Source: a virus (Duplodnaviria; Caudoviricetes). From it: a DNA stretch of 64,000 bases. The stretch covers positions 58,304-122,303 of IMG/VR virus record IMGVR_UViG_3300032050_000028; one strand, written 5' to 3'. Made by a program: the position numbers and the translations under genes. The notes beneath the pieces are model-generated. The model saw only the letters and a list, made by a program, of their open reading frames with translations, had not been told where the DNA came from and did not search any database. Of the stretch, positions 20,369-29,491 are shown piece by piece (positions within the stretch are counted from its first letter, which is position 1; each line of letters opens with the position of its first letter).

Positions 20369-20393
20369 TGTTGTATATATTAAAAAAATATTG

Positions 20394-20401
20394 TATCTTT
20401 G
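20394..20401 (+). promoter_or_regulatory. Bacteroidota-type -7 promoter element TAnnTTTG
   Basis: TATCTTTG, 4 nt before ATG 20406; also at 23153, 58901 and 63849. Confidence 0.6.
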
Positions 20402-20405
20402 TTTT

Positions 20406-20873
20406 ATGTTTGAGATAAAGGGTAAAATAGTGTTTGATCCAATCAATGTGACTAAAAAGCACAATGCTCAATCTGCGTGGAAAAAAGTTGCTATTGTTAA
20501 ATTTGACTGTGACTTATATGAATACTACTCTTGGTTCTTGAAAAAAAGATTTAATTTATTTTTGAATAAACCTTTAAGAGGAACTCACTTAACATTTATT
20601 AATGATATTGTAGATGATGAAATTTATTTACAAGCAAGAGACCTTTTTGATGGTAAAGAAGTTATAGTTAAATATGATCCTACTATAGTTAGGTCTAATA
20701 AAAAAGGTCACTGGTGGTTAAAGGCTGAGTCCGATGATGCTCAAAACATTAGAAATGTAATAGGTTTAGGAGATCCTTATTTTGGATATCACATAACTAT
20801 TGGTTTAGCAACTCACTTGCAATTAGAACACTCTAAGTATATAACTGACCAGTGTATAAAATTTGGGGTATAA
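20406..20873 (+). CDS. 2H phosphoesterase family protein
   Basis: two HxT motifs (HLTF, HITI) about 70 aa apart. Confidence 0.6.
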   Translation: MFEIKGKIVFDPINVTKKHNAQSAWKKVAIVKFDCDLYEYYSWFLKKRFNLFLNKPLRGTHLTFINDIVDDEIYLQARDLFDGKEVIVKYDPTIVRSNKKGHWWLKAESDDAQNIRNVIGLGDPYFGYHITIGLATHLQLEHSKYITDQCIKFGV

Positions 20874-20902
20874 AAAAAGAGAGAATTAAATTCTCTCTTT
20901 TT
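20872..20902. terminator. bidirectional intrinsic terminator
   Basis: aaaagagagaat-taa-attctctctttt between convergent genes. Confidence 0.85.
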
Positions 20903-20921
20903 ATTATTTAAATATTTATTA

Positions 20922-22118
20922 TTAAAACATATAACCTGGCTTCCTTGTCTGTAATGAGAAATCTCTTGATAATACCTCACTTATATCAGCTGTGTTTGTT
21001 AATTTTTCTACAGGTAGTCCGATCATAAAACAAGCTGCTTTCAAAGTACTTGTAAAATAATCTAAGAAATCATTTATTTTATTTTTATCGTCTAAAACCA
21101 TTCCAGCCCAAAAAGATAATGCGCCTACACCGCTTGTGACTGCTCCACCTAATATGAATGTTAAGGCATTGCTACTAAGCTCTGCTGATTGATCTGATGT
21201 CAAAATTTTATCCCAGTTATAAACATATCCGTATTCTTTTTTTCCAAAAGTGTCCATCGAGTCATCTCCGCCTACCCAGACATTAGATATCATACCTTTT
21301 CTTTCCAACTCATCAAGAAGTTTATCATGAGTAGGATCAATACCCATGTCTTCGTAATTTTGAGGATCATAATGGTGTTTTGGTGCAAAATCAGCACCAG
21401 AGTCTGTGTCTAAAAATCCAAACTTTCTATTTAATTCGTCATGAATACGTCCATATATTTCACTCCTCTTACCTACACCATATAGTATCATACCTATTCC
21501 TAATAAAAACATTGATCCTCCTAAAACTTGTGCCGCTGCTGATAACCACTTAAGGGTTTTTTGTTTTGCAACAGATTCAGAAAGTATATTTTCAATATGT
21601 TTTCTTTCACTTTCAGTCACTTCAAATCTAACGATGCCGGATTCAGCATTCCAATTGTAACCTTTTGCGGTCTCATAACGGAGAATTTGACTGTTGACAT
21701 CTATATATTGTAACTTTCCAAATGTAGGATGTTTTGGTGCATTTTTTTCAATTGTCTCTTTTAGAGTTGCATACAGTGATTGCATTTCCTCAGTAACATT
21801 CAAATCTTTAGATAGTGCTTCTACTTTTGATTTTAACTCAGCTTCACTTTGTGGATCTGATGCTGAAATTGCTTTAGTAAAGGATTTTGGATCAATAGCC
21901 TCTCTAATTTCTTTTTGAGATTGTGTCTCGATTTTATCTAAAAGATTTTTAATTGGCGCATTTTGTGAATCTTGTTGAATTGATTGATTAATCAATTCAG
22001 CTGCCTTTTTCGCTTCTTCTGGTTTTGTCTCAATTTTACCAGTTGATTTATCTTCAGAGTTCAATTCATTTTCGTAGATTTTTTTGAATCCATTAAAATT
22101 TTTAACAATTTTTTTCAT
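20922..22118 (-). CDS. putative virion internal protein with two TM segments
   Basis: MKKIVKNFNGFKKIYENE start; two hydrophobic Gly-rich helices. Confidence 0.6.
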   Translation of the reverse strand: MKKIVKNFNGFKKIYENELNSEDKSTGKIETKPEEAKKAAELINQSIQQDSQNAPIKNLLDKIETQSQKEIREAIDPKSFTKAISASDPQSEAELKSKVEALSKDLNVTEEMQSLYATLKETIEKNAPKHPTFGKLQYIDVNSQILRYETAKGYNWNAESGIVRFEVTESERKHIENILSESVAKQKTLKWLSAAAQVLGGSMFLLGIGMILYGVGKRSEIYGRIHDELNRKFGFLDTDSGADFAPKHHYDPQNYEDMGIDPTHDKLLDELERKGMISNVWVGGDDSMDTFGKKEYGYVYNWDKILTSDQSAELSSNALTFILGGAVTSGVGALSFWAGMVLDDKNKINDFLDYFTSTLKAACFMIGLPVEKLTNTADISEVLSRDFSLQTRKPGYMF

Positions 22119-22171
22119 GTCTTTATTAATTTTTTTTTATTAATCTATATATTTAATTATATTTTCTTTTT

Positions 22172-23119
22172 TTAAGCTGCGAGTGGTATTTCAAAACCGT
22201 TCATTTCTATTTCTTTACAACCTTGATTTGCAAATAAATTATCCAAATGATTCATTACGTAATCACTAACGTTTCGTTTGTCATTAGGTGACCATTTTTC
22301 ACTACCTGCTACTCTATCTTTGTAGTCAGAAAATCCTGATATTTTAGACATTGACACCGGATTGTCAGTATTTGGATCATATCCTTTAACATCTCTTACA
22401 TCTTTAAACCAAAGGCCTTTTTCTTGTAATTTATTTTTTACTTTTCTACTTATAAAAGCCACAAAAACCATAATTAAAATAGTCAAAATAGTTACTAAAA
22501 TAGATAGTAATACGGAACCAATAACTCCTATTCCGGTTGTAAAAATTACACCAGCTATTAAGTTTCCTATAGCAATTGAAAACGCCGTATTAACTCCAAA
22601 TCCAAGAACTCTGTTGAACCAAGTTTTTAACTTGAGGCTTGCATCTTCGACACCCTCTTTTGATTTTAGTTTTTCTTTGTCATCAGCAAAATTAAAAAGT
22701 GTTTTTAACGAATCTCCTGTTTTTTCATATACTCTTTTGATGTTTTCAATATTTACATCACTCCATGTCACATCTTCATATGGTTTGTTAAAAAGAAACT
22801 CATAGACATCATTTCTAAATTCTTTCCCTATTCCTGGAACATTTTTTCCACCTGTTTTTGATTCATGACCAATCCAAAATGTTCTATACACTTCTTTTGG
22901 ATCCTTAATGAGAATTTTACCATTATCATACAATTTTTTAAAAAATTTCATTACCCAATCTATGAATGACGTTCCTTTTTCCCAAACGAATTGGCCGAAT
23001 TCATTTACCCATTCAGTTATTTTATCTGCTATTTTACCCCAAATATTTCCTTCACCCCATAGCCAACCTTCATTAGTTGAGTCATAGTTGAAATTTTCAT
23101 AAGTTTTAATATATTTCAT
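22172..23119 (-). CDS. putative virion internal protein with TM hairpin
   Basis: MKYIKTYENF...TNE start; about 50-aa hydrophobic stretch. Confidence 0.6.
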   Translation of the reverse strand: MKYIKTYENFNYDSTNEGWLWGEGNIWGKIADKITEWVNEFGQFVWEKGTSFIDWVMKFFKKLYDNGKILIKDPKEVYRTFWIGHESKTGGKNVPGIGKEFRNDVYEFLFNKPYEDVTWSDVNIENIKRVYEKTGDSLKTLFNFADDKEKLKSKEGVEDASLKLKTWFNRVLGFGVNTAFSIAIGNLIAGVIFTTGIGVIGSVLLSILVTILTILIMVFVAFISRKVKNKLQEKGLWFKDVRDVKGYDPNTDNPVSMSKISGFSDYKDRVAGSEKWSPNDKRNVSDYVMNHLDNLFANQGCKEIEMNGFEIPLAA

Positions 23120-23164
23120 AACTTATATATTAATAAATAAGTTTATTTTTTGTATATTTGTATT

Positions 23165-23494
23165 ATGGATAAATATCACACTATTAGAGAAGAAGAATTA
23201 GAAACAACTAAATACTATTCTGAATCTAAATTTAATGCTTACATTAGGTTTCATAGAATATTAAGAAAGTTATACTCTAAGTTTTTTTTCTGGTCAGTTT
23301 CAATAATACCATTTTTTATTATGGTAGTTTTCTTTCTTAAAGAAGCATATCTATTTTTTCTTTTTATACATTTCATATTTTGGAAATTCTTTGGAGAAAA
23401 AATGTATCACAAACAATGTGATAAAGATATCGAAGGATTAGATATAACAATTGAAGTTTTAGAAGATATTAAAAAAGAAAAATTTAATGGATAA
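23165..23494 (+). CDS. small membrane protein
   Basis: two Phe-rich TM segments; start 23165 behind TATATTTG. Confidence 0.7.
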   Translation: MDKYHTIREEELETTKYYSESKFNAYIRFHRILRKLYSKFFFWSVSIIPFFIMVVFFLKEAYLFFLFIHFIFWKFFGEKMYHKQCDKDIEGLDITIEVLEDIKKEKFNG

Positions 23495-23840
23495 TTTTTT
23501 TGACAGTTTTAAAAAACCTGAGAAAAAACACGAACATAAAGTCAAAGTAGTTCATTTCAAAAAAGAACCTTTTGATGTTTATATTGGTCGACTTCCTGGT
23601 GGAAAATTCAACAAGTGGGCATATCCAAAAGAATTAAGAGAAACTTTTCCTGAAGGAACTCCACGAAAAGTAATAATTGATGCTTATGAAAATTATTTGA
23701 TAAATAATGAAGAACTTATGAATTCTCTTCACGAATTAAAAGATAAAACTCTTGGTTGTTGGTGTAAGAATTTAGGTGGAGGTGGAAAATCTTGTCACGG
23801 AGATATTTTAGTAAAGTGGGTCAAGAAAATGTGTAATTAA
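23487..23840 (+). CDS. DUF4326-like protein
   Basis: DVYIGR ... LGCWC ... CHGDIL signature. Confidence 0.75.
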   Translation: MDNFFDSFKKPEKKHEHKVKVVHFKKEPFDVYIGRLPGGKFNKWAYPKELRETFPEGTPRKVIIDAYENYLINNEELMNSLHELKDKTLGCWCKNLGGGGKSCHGDILVKWVKKMCN

Positions 23841-24292
23841 TTAATAATTTTATTATATAAAAATTGCACCGCTAAAGTTGAAATAGCTATTGCAATTGCT
23901 CCAAAGAGAACACCCCAGAAATTTGCAGCAATAGCACTTACTACTATTTTTATTATACCATATACAACACCACCCATCTGAAAAAAATTTAAAATAAATA
24001 CCAATATTTTATCTTTCATATCAGTAATAAAATTTTCACCTAAAATGAGGTAATTGTATGCTATCTTCAGTAGATTATTTTTAACAAAATCAACATTTGC
24101 CAAGTCTTTTACTTTGCAATTCATTTTGTTGCTTATTTTTTCTAATTCTTCAGAGATGAGACCAATCTGTTGATTATTTAGTGATTTTATATTTGAATTA
24201 ACTAAATTTTTTATGTGTTCCTCCTGATGCGGATCCAATCCACTTTCTGAATTTGACTCATTAAACTGTTCGAACTTTTTTATTATTTTCAT
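23837..24292 (-). CDS. putative virion internal protein with C-terminal TM hairpin
   Basis: start moved to 24292: MKIIKKFEQFNE. Confidence 0.6.
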   Translation of the reverse strand: MKIIKKFEQFNESNSESGLDPHQEEHIKNLVNSNIKSLNNQQIGLISEELEKISNKMNCKVKDLANVDFVKNNLLKIAYNYLILGENFITDMKDKILVFILNFFQMGGVVYGIIKIVVSAIAANFWGVLFGAIAIAISTLAVQFLYNKIIN

Positions 24293-24305
24293 ATTTAGTC
24301 TTTTT

Positions 24306-26216
24306 TTAGTGTGCATGTATAAAATTAAATAACAACTTTGAAACTGATGTGATAACTGGATTTTTTTTGGTGAAGTTTTTACCCCATTCTGTTTCCGTAA
24401 AACACCAACCTAATGTTGCTATGACTAAAACAACTAATGATATCACTTCAAATGCCATATGTAAACCAGGTATTGCATGTGTAAAAACTGATACTAAGAA
24501 AGCTAATAGAGCGCTTCCTGCGCCAATTGCTAGTCCTTTCCAATTTATTCCTTTTTTTGGAGCCTCTGATTCATTTACTTTGTTAAAATCATTAAATTTA
24601 ATTAGTCTTGATTCTTTATGTGGTTTCATGTCTTTTAGATTGACTCCAGTTGCTCTTTCAATGCCTCTGCCTGTTTCTGCATAAAACTCCTCTGCCTTTT
24701 GCACAGCACCTCCTAGTCCTATTTTTTCTCCAGCCATTTTTATCCAGTCTCCCGGTATGTGTGTTGTTAGTGCAAAAGCTTCTGCTGATGCTCCAACAAC
24801 CAGAGCTGTTATTGTTCCAATTGCGACAAATTTACCAGCATATTTTATTAAGTTTTTTACACCATCGAACATAGTTCCGAGTTTTCCACTCAACCAAGCA
24901 GGTACCGCTGATAATCCTTTAGCTACAACATCACTTAGTACTTCCATAAGTTTTCCAAAAGGTGATAAAATCCAAGATACAATTCCTATAAGCCACTTTT
25001 TAATTCCCCTTGATTCTGCTTTATGGATTTCTTTTTCTACATTTTCCTCATCTTCAGATTCTGAATTTTCAGCTTCATAAATTTTTTCAAACTTAGTTTC
25101 ATGTAATTTAACTAATTCATCAGTGTTGAAATTAGAATTTTTTGACATAAACCCTTTTAAAGAGTCCCAAATAAAACTATCATTTACTATCTCTTGTTCT
25201 TTTGTTTTTTCCTCTGTCGATTCAACTGAACCTAATATTTTATTTCCTGAAGATGTAGCTATATCCTCTACTGAATTACCGGTCAATTTTTTTAATTTGG
25301 CGCCAAAATACATTTTCATGTCTTTTATATCCTCACTGAGGATCTTCATTTCATTACCTAAATGTTCAGAATTTATTTTATCACCAAAATCTTTCACTAT
25401 AGATAACTTTGATTTCAATCCTGGTATAATTTTTAAGGCATGTGTCTTAATGAATTCCCAAACTTTACCTAAAATCTCTTTAATTTTAGTCCAAATATCC
25501 TTTACTATATTGGCTAAATTTTTGGCTAAATCTTTAAGCGTTGCATAGACCTTATCAAATACAGATTTAGATGTCTTCACAAAATCATCGATTGAATTCA
25601 TTACTTTTTTTGCTGTTGCTTCAATTTGAGCAACAATGTCTGCCCCAAATAGCTTTGTTGCTACATTTTTCAGAGCTTCTAAACCCGGTTTAAATATATC
25701 TTCTACAATTGAGTCCCAGGTTGATTGAGCAGAGTCTGACAACCAACCTAATGTATCACTTATTACACTACCAACATAATTTGCTCCTTTTTTGATACCC
25801 TTAACCACTTTTGTGTTTGAAGCCCAGTTTTTGAATTTATCCCACCTTTCACCTTCAAATATTAAAATATATTCCAAATTCTCCTCAATCAGTTTAATAT
25901 CAGACTCTGGAATATTTTTAGCTTCTAAATACTTTCTAGTTTGAATTCCTATTTCTTTTATTCTATCCTGATAAAATTTAACACAAACAATTTTCTTAGT
26001 TTCATCTAACATCTCCTTGTCTTCTAATATTAGTGAATAGTTCTCATTAACTTTATTGTTTTTCAAATAAAGACTAACAATGTCATTTTTTTTACCTTCA
26101 GTCATTATATTTTGAAATTCAGTAATTTGAAATTCTGAAATTTGTCTTCTTCTATTTGATTCTTTTATCGACATTTGTCGTCTGTAAAAGTCGTTATACC
26201 TGTTTAATCTAGACAT
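24306..26216 (-). CDS. large helical protein with TM segments, putative virion internal protein
   Basis: start 26216 MSRLNRYNDF; internal LIKFNDFNKVNE; amphipathic repeats; hydrophobic C-terminus. Confidence 0.6.
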   Translation of the reverse strand: MSRLNRYNDFYRRQMSIKESNRRRQISEFQITEFQNIMTEGKKNDIVSLYLKNNKVNENYSLILEDKEMLDETKKIVCVKFYQDRIKEIGIQTRKYLEAKNIPESDIKLIEENLEYILIFEGERWDKFKNWASNTKVVKGIKKGANYVGSVISDTLGWLSDSAQSTWDSIVEDIFKPGLEALKNVATKLFGADIVAQIEATAKKVMNSIDDFVKTSKSVFDKVYATLKDLAKNLANIVKDIWTKIKEILGKVWEFIKTHALKIIPGLKSKLSIVKDFGDKINSEHLGNEMKILSEDIKDMKMYFGAKLKKLTGNSVEDIATSSGNKILGSVESTEEKTKEQEIVNDSFIWDSLKGFMSKNSNFNTDELVKLHETKFEKIYEAENSESEDEENVEKEIHKAESRGIKKWLIGIVSWILSPFGKLMEVLSDVVAKGLSAVPAWLSGKLGTMFDGVKNLIKYAGKFVAIGTITALVVGASAEAFALTTHIPGDWIKMAGEKIGLGGAVQKAEEFYAETGRGIERATGVNLKDMKPHKESRLIKFNDFNKVNESEAPKKGINWKGLAIGAGSALLAFLVSVFTHAIPGLHMAFEVISLVVLVIATLGWCFTETEWGKNFTKKNPVITSVSKLLFNFIHAH

Positions 26217-26300
26217 ATATTGAATTTTTTTTATCTTCTTATATATTAAAAACAAAACCTTTTTTTTATTATCAATATAATTTTAGTAAAAGTATATTCA

Positions 26301-27101
26301 ATGCCTGAGTTAGCGGAATTAAAGATAATGTCTGATTATATCAATCAGATTACAAAAGGAAAAGTATTTAATAAGTCATTTCATGTATTAAAAGGAAATA
26401 ATCCTGAACAATTTCATTTATTAGACGAATTTAAAATTGATGCCGAATCCTTTGGTAAAGAACTTATTTTAAGATTTTATAGTGGAAAAGAAATTCACAA
26501 AATATCAGTATTTATGGGTATGTCTGGTAACTGGAAATGGGTACCTACTGGAGTTTGGAATGATACTAAATATTGTAGGATGAGGTTGGACTCAACTGAC
26601 GGTTGGTCACTTCTTCTTTATGGTTCTTATATGGGTCCTAAATATAAAATAGGAGGATTCACTGGAGTTAAAAGAGGACCAGATCCAACAAAAGACTTTA
26701 GAGATTTCTATGATAATGTTGTTAAAAACGTAGAAAAGAAAGCCTTTGATAAGCCAATTTGTGAGGTTTTACTTAACCAGGAATATTTTAATGGAATTGG
26801 AAATTACCTAAGAAGTACAATACTTTACTATTTAGATGTAAATCCATTTGAAGTCGCTAGAAAAGTTATAAAAGAAAATGAAAAAATACTATCAATGTGT
26901 AGAGACATTCCAATTAGAGCTTATCACTTAAACGGAGGTCAGTTATCGGACTGGAAAAACCCATTTGATACTGACTATGATGAATTTCAAGAATGGGTTT
27001 TTTATAAAAAAGGAATTTCTTGTAAAGACTCGACTGGTAGAACATTTTGGTTTAGTGAGAAATGGAAAGATTTTTGTCCTTATCAAACTATTAAATCTTA
27101 A
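26301..27101 (+). CDS. nei: Fpg/Nei DNA glycosylase, NEIL1-like
   Basis: N-terminal MPELAE, GKEL, GMSG, H2TH motif FNGIGNYLRS, zincless-finger GRTFWF. Confidence 0.9.
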   Translation: MPELAELKIMSDYINQITKGKVFNKSFHVLKGNNPEQFHLLDEFKIDAESFGKELILRFYSGKEIHKISVFMGMSGNWKWVPTGVWNDTKYCRMRLDSTDGWSLLLYGSYMGPKYKIGGFTGVKRGPDPTKDFRDFYDNVVKNVEKKAFDKPICEVLLNQEYFNGIGNYLRSTILYYLDVNPFEVARKVIKENEKILSMCRDIPIRAYHLNGGQLSDWKNPFDTDYDEFQEWVFYKKGISCKDSTGRTFWFSEKWKDFCPYQTIKS

Positions 27102-27116
27102 AAACATATAACTTTT

Positions 27117-28220
27117 ATGAATTCTGTAGACAAACAATATTTAAAATTTTTAAACCATATTTTAGAATATGGTGAAGAGAAAGGTGATAGAACTGGGACC
27201 GGAACACTTTCTACTTTTGATTACTCAATGACTTTTGATATGTCAGAAGGTTTTCCACTTCTTACTTCAAAGAAGGTTTATACAAAAGCTGTTATACACG
27301 AGCTTATATGGTTTCTTCGAGGTGATACTAATATAAGGTATTTGGTTGAAAATGGAGTTCATATTTGGGATGGAGATGCTTATAAAAACTATTTGACTAA
27401 GACTTTAATTGATAGTACTGGTAAGTGGTGTAAGGTTACAAAAGGATCTGATGGTAATAACTATCCAGAGCCATATACACAAGAAGAGTTTATTCAAGAA
27501 ATTTTAAATGATGATGAATTTGCTAATAAATGGGGTGAACTTGGTCCAGTTTATGGAAAACAATGGAGATCGTGGGGTGGGTTTGAAAAAGTTCCTTCTG
27601 GTTGGCACCACAATTCGGTGACTTCATATAAAAATGTTCCAAAGAATGACCAAATTTTAAATTTGATTAATGATTTAAAAAATAATCCAGATTCTAGAAG
27701 ACTCATGGTCAATGCATGGAATGTTGGTGAATTAGACCAAATGGTACTTCCTCCATGTCATTTTGGATTTCAATGTTATACATCAAAGATGACTTTAGAT
27801 GAAAGAAAAAAATTGTGGTGTGACTCATTAGGTAAACATATTTCATATGGTGAAGATGCTACTGAAATTTTTCTTGATGAAAGAAATGTTCCAAAAAGAA
27901 AATTAAGTTTAAAATGGTTTCAAAGATCTGTTGATTCTCCACTAGGACTACCTTTTAATATTGCATCATATGCTATACTTCTTCATCTTTTGGCTAAAGA
28001 AGTAAATATGGTGCCTCATTTGTTGAAATTTAACGGAGGTGATTGTCACATTTATATGAATCAAATTGATGGTGTTAGAGAACAATTACTAAGAGATACT
28101 TATAATTTACCAAAATTAAAATTACATAATAACTCTATCTTTGATTTGAAATATGATGATATAGAAATTATAAATTATGATGAAAGAATTAAAAATATTA
28201 AATTTCCATTAAGTAACTAA
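27117..28220 (+). CDS. thyA: thymidylate synthase
   Basis: DRTGTGT, FPLLTSK, ELIWF, LGPVYGKQWR, LPPCH, QRSVD, PFNIASY. Confidence 0.97.
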   Translation: MNSVDKQYLKFLNHILEYGEEKGDRTGTGTLSTFDYSMTFDMSEGFPLLTSKKVYTKAVIHELIWFLRGDTNIRYLVENGVHIWDGDAYKNYLTKTLIDSTGKWCKVTKGSDGNNYPEPYTQEEFIQEILNDDEFANKWGELGPVYGKQWRSWGGFEKVPSGWHHNSVTSYKNVPKNDQILNLINDLKNNPDSRRLMVNAWNVGELDQMVLPPCHFGFQCYTSKMTLDERKKLWCDSLGKHISYGEDATEIFLDERNVPKRKLSLKWFQRSVDSPLGLPFNIASYAILLHLLAKEVNMVPHLLKFNGGDCHIYMNQIDGVREQLLRDTYNLPKLKLHNNSIFDLKYDDIEIINYDERIKNIKFPLSN

Positions 28221-28231
28221 AATAAATAAAA

Positions 28232-28420
28232 ATGAAAACAGGAACAAAAAACGTTGTTGCGATTAAAGAGGCAATAAAAAATATCGAAACTTTGACTGAA
28301 AGATTCAAAAGAAAAAGAATCACACAAGAAGAATATATTCTGAGAATAAATCAAAACTTGGCAAAAATGGCTGATGAAAGAGATTATATAGAATATCTGG
28401 TCAATATCGGTCAATATTAA
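28232..28420 (+). CDS. hypothetical protein
   Basis: 62-aa ORF in the operon. Confidence 0.65.
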   Translation: MKTGTKNVVAIKEAIKNIETLTERFKRKRITQEEYILRINQNLAKMADERDYIEYLVNIGQY

Positions 28421-28436
28421 AAATTAATAAAATAAA

Positions 28437-28925
28437 ATGAATTTATCAAAGGCGGATTATAGAGATTTAATCTTAGAGCAGATTAAAAACATAGATACAA
28501 AAAATTTATCTGATGTTATTGAAATTGAAACTACATCTAAAATTATAGAAGAACAAAAGGTTTATTTCTGGATTCGTCTTTATTTGAATGAAGAAAATTC
28601 AAATATACAAATAGGTGATGATATACTAATTGAGTGGTTACCAAGTGGTGAGCGACTATCTACTAAATTTATATGTTATGGTAAACAAGGTTTAGAAAAA
28701 GACCATAATGATGAGGTCATTAATTACAATCCCGAAGATGATAAAAGAATATTGTGTCTGATGATAGATACTAAAATGGTAAATTTTAATGACGATATAC
28801 CATTTATTAGAACTTTATTTAAGACCGGATATCACTATGAGTATCAGCTTGTTAAAAGAAATGAATTGTTATTTATTTGTGAGAGAAACAATTTAATTTT
28901 AGACTATTACGATTGTGATTTCTAG
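28437..28925 (+). CDS. hypothetical protein
   Basis: 162-aa ORF. Confidence 0.7.
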   Translation: MNLSKADYRDLILEQIKNIDTKNLSDVIEIETTSKIIEEQKVYFWIRLYLNEENSNIQIGDDILIEWLPSGERLSTKFICYGKQGLEKDHNDEVINYNPEDDKRILCLMIDTKMVNFNDDIPFIRTLFKTGYHYEYQLVKRNELLFICERNNLILDYYDCDF

Positions 28926-28942
28926 AATTAAATATATAGTTT

Positions 28943-29491
28943 ATGAATCATCTTAAAAATTTTAGACTATTTGAAAAAAGTGCTGACCAGTTCACCTCTA
29001 GTGTAATCGATTTAGTAGAATTAGAGCATATCTTAATAGACTTTGAACAAATGGGTTTAGACTATGATATAAAATTTGGTTCATCTATTGTATTAGATTG
29101 GAGAGAGTTTAATGATGTTAAACACGGTGGTTCAAAAGTTCTATACTCATCGGATATTGATAGATTTACAAAATCAAGAACTAATAACTCTTTAACAATA
29201 GAATTTACCACAAATGATATACAGGATTACAATATTCAAGATACATCAGAAGCTTATCAAATGTTAAAGGATTATCTTTTTGATACTTATGATTTAATTC
29301 CGAATTATATTTATATTAATTATCATTGGAATTATATGTATTTTGAAGATTTTGATAAGATAAAAGAATATAAGAATATTTTTTCTAAAGGTGTTTTAGG
29401 TTCAGAGGATAAAAATATCTTTAAATCACACAAATTAACTTTTGGATTTTACAAAGATCCGGATGCTGTTTTCAGAGGACCTGAATTTTAA
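28943..29491 (+). CDS. hypothetical protein with capsid-targeting-like N-terminus
   Basis: MNHLKNFRLFE; AATATATA-N4-ATG. Confidence 0.7.
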   Translation: MNHLKNFRLFEKSADQFTSSVIDLVELEHILIDFEQMGLDYDIKFGSSIVLDWREFNDVKHGGSKVLYSSDIDRFTKSRTNNSLTIEFTTNDIQDYNIQDTSEAYQMLKDYLFDTYDLIPNYIYINYHWNYMYFEDFDKIKEYKNIFSKGVLGSEDKNIFKSHKLTFGFYKDPDAVFRGPEF

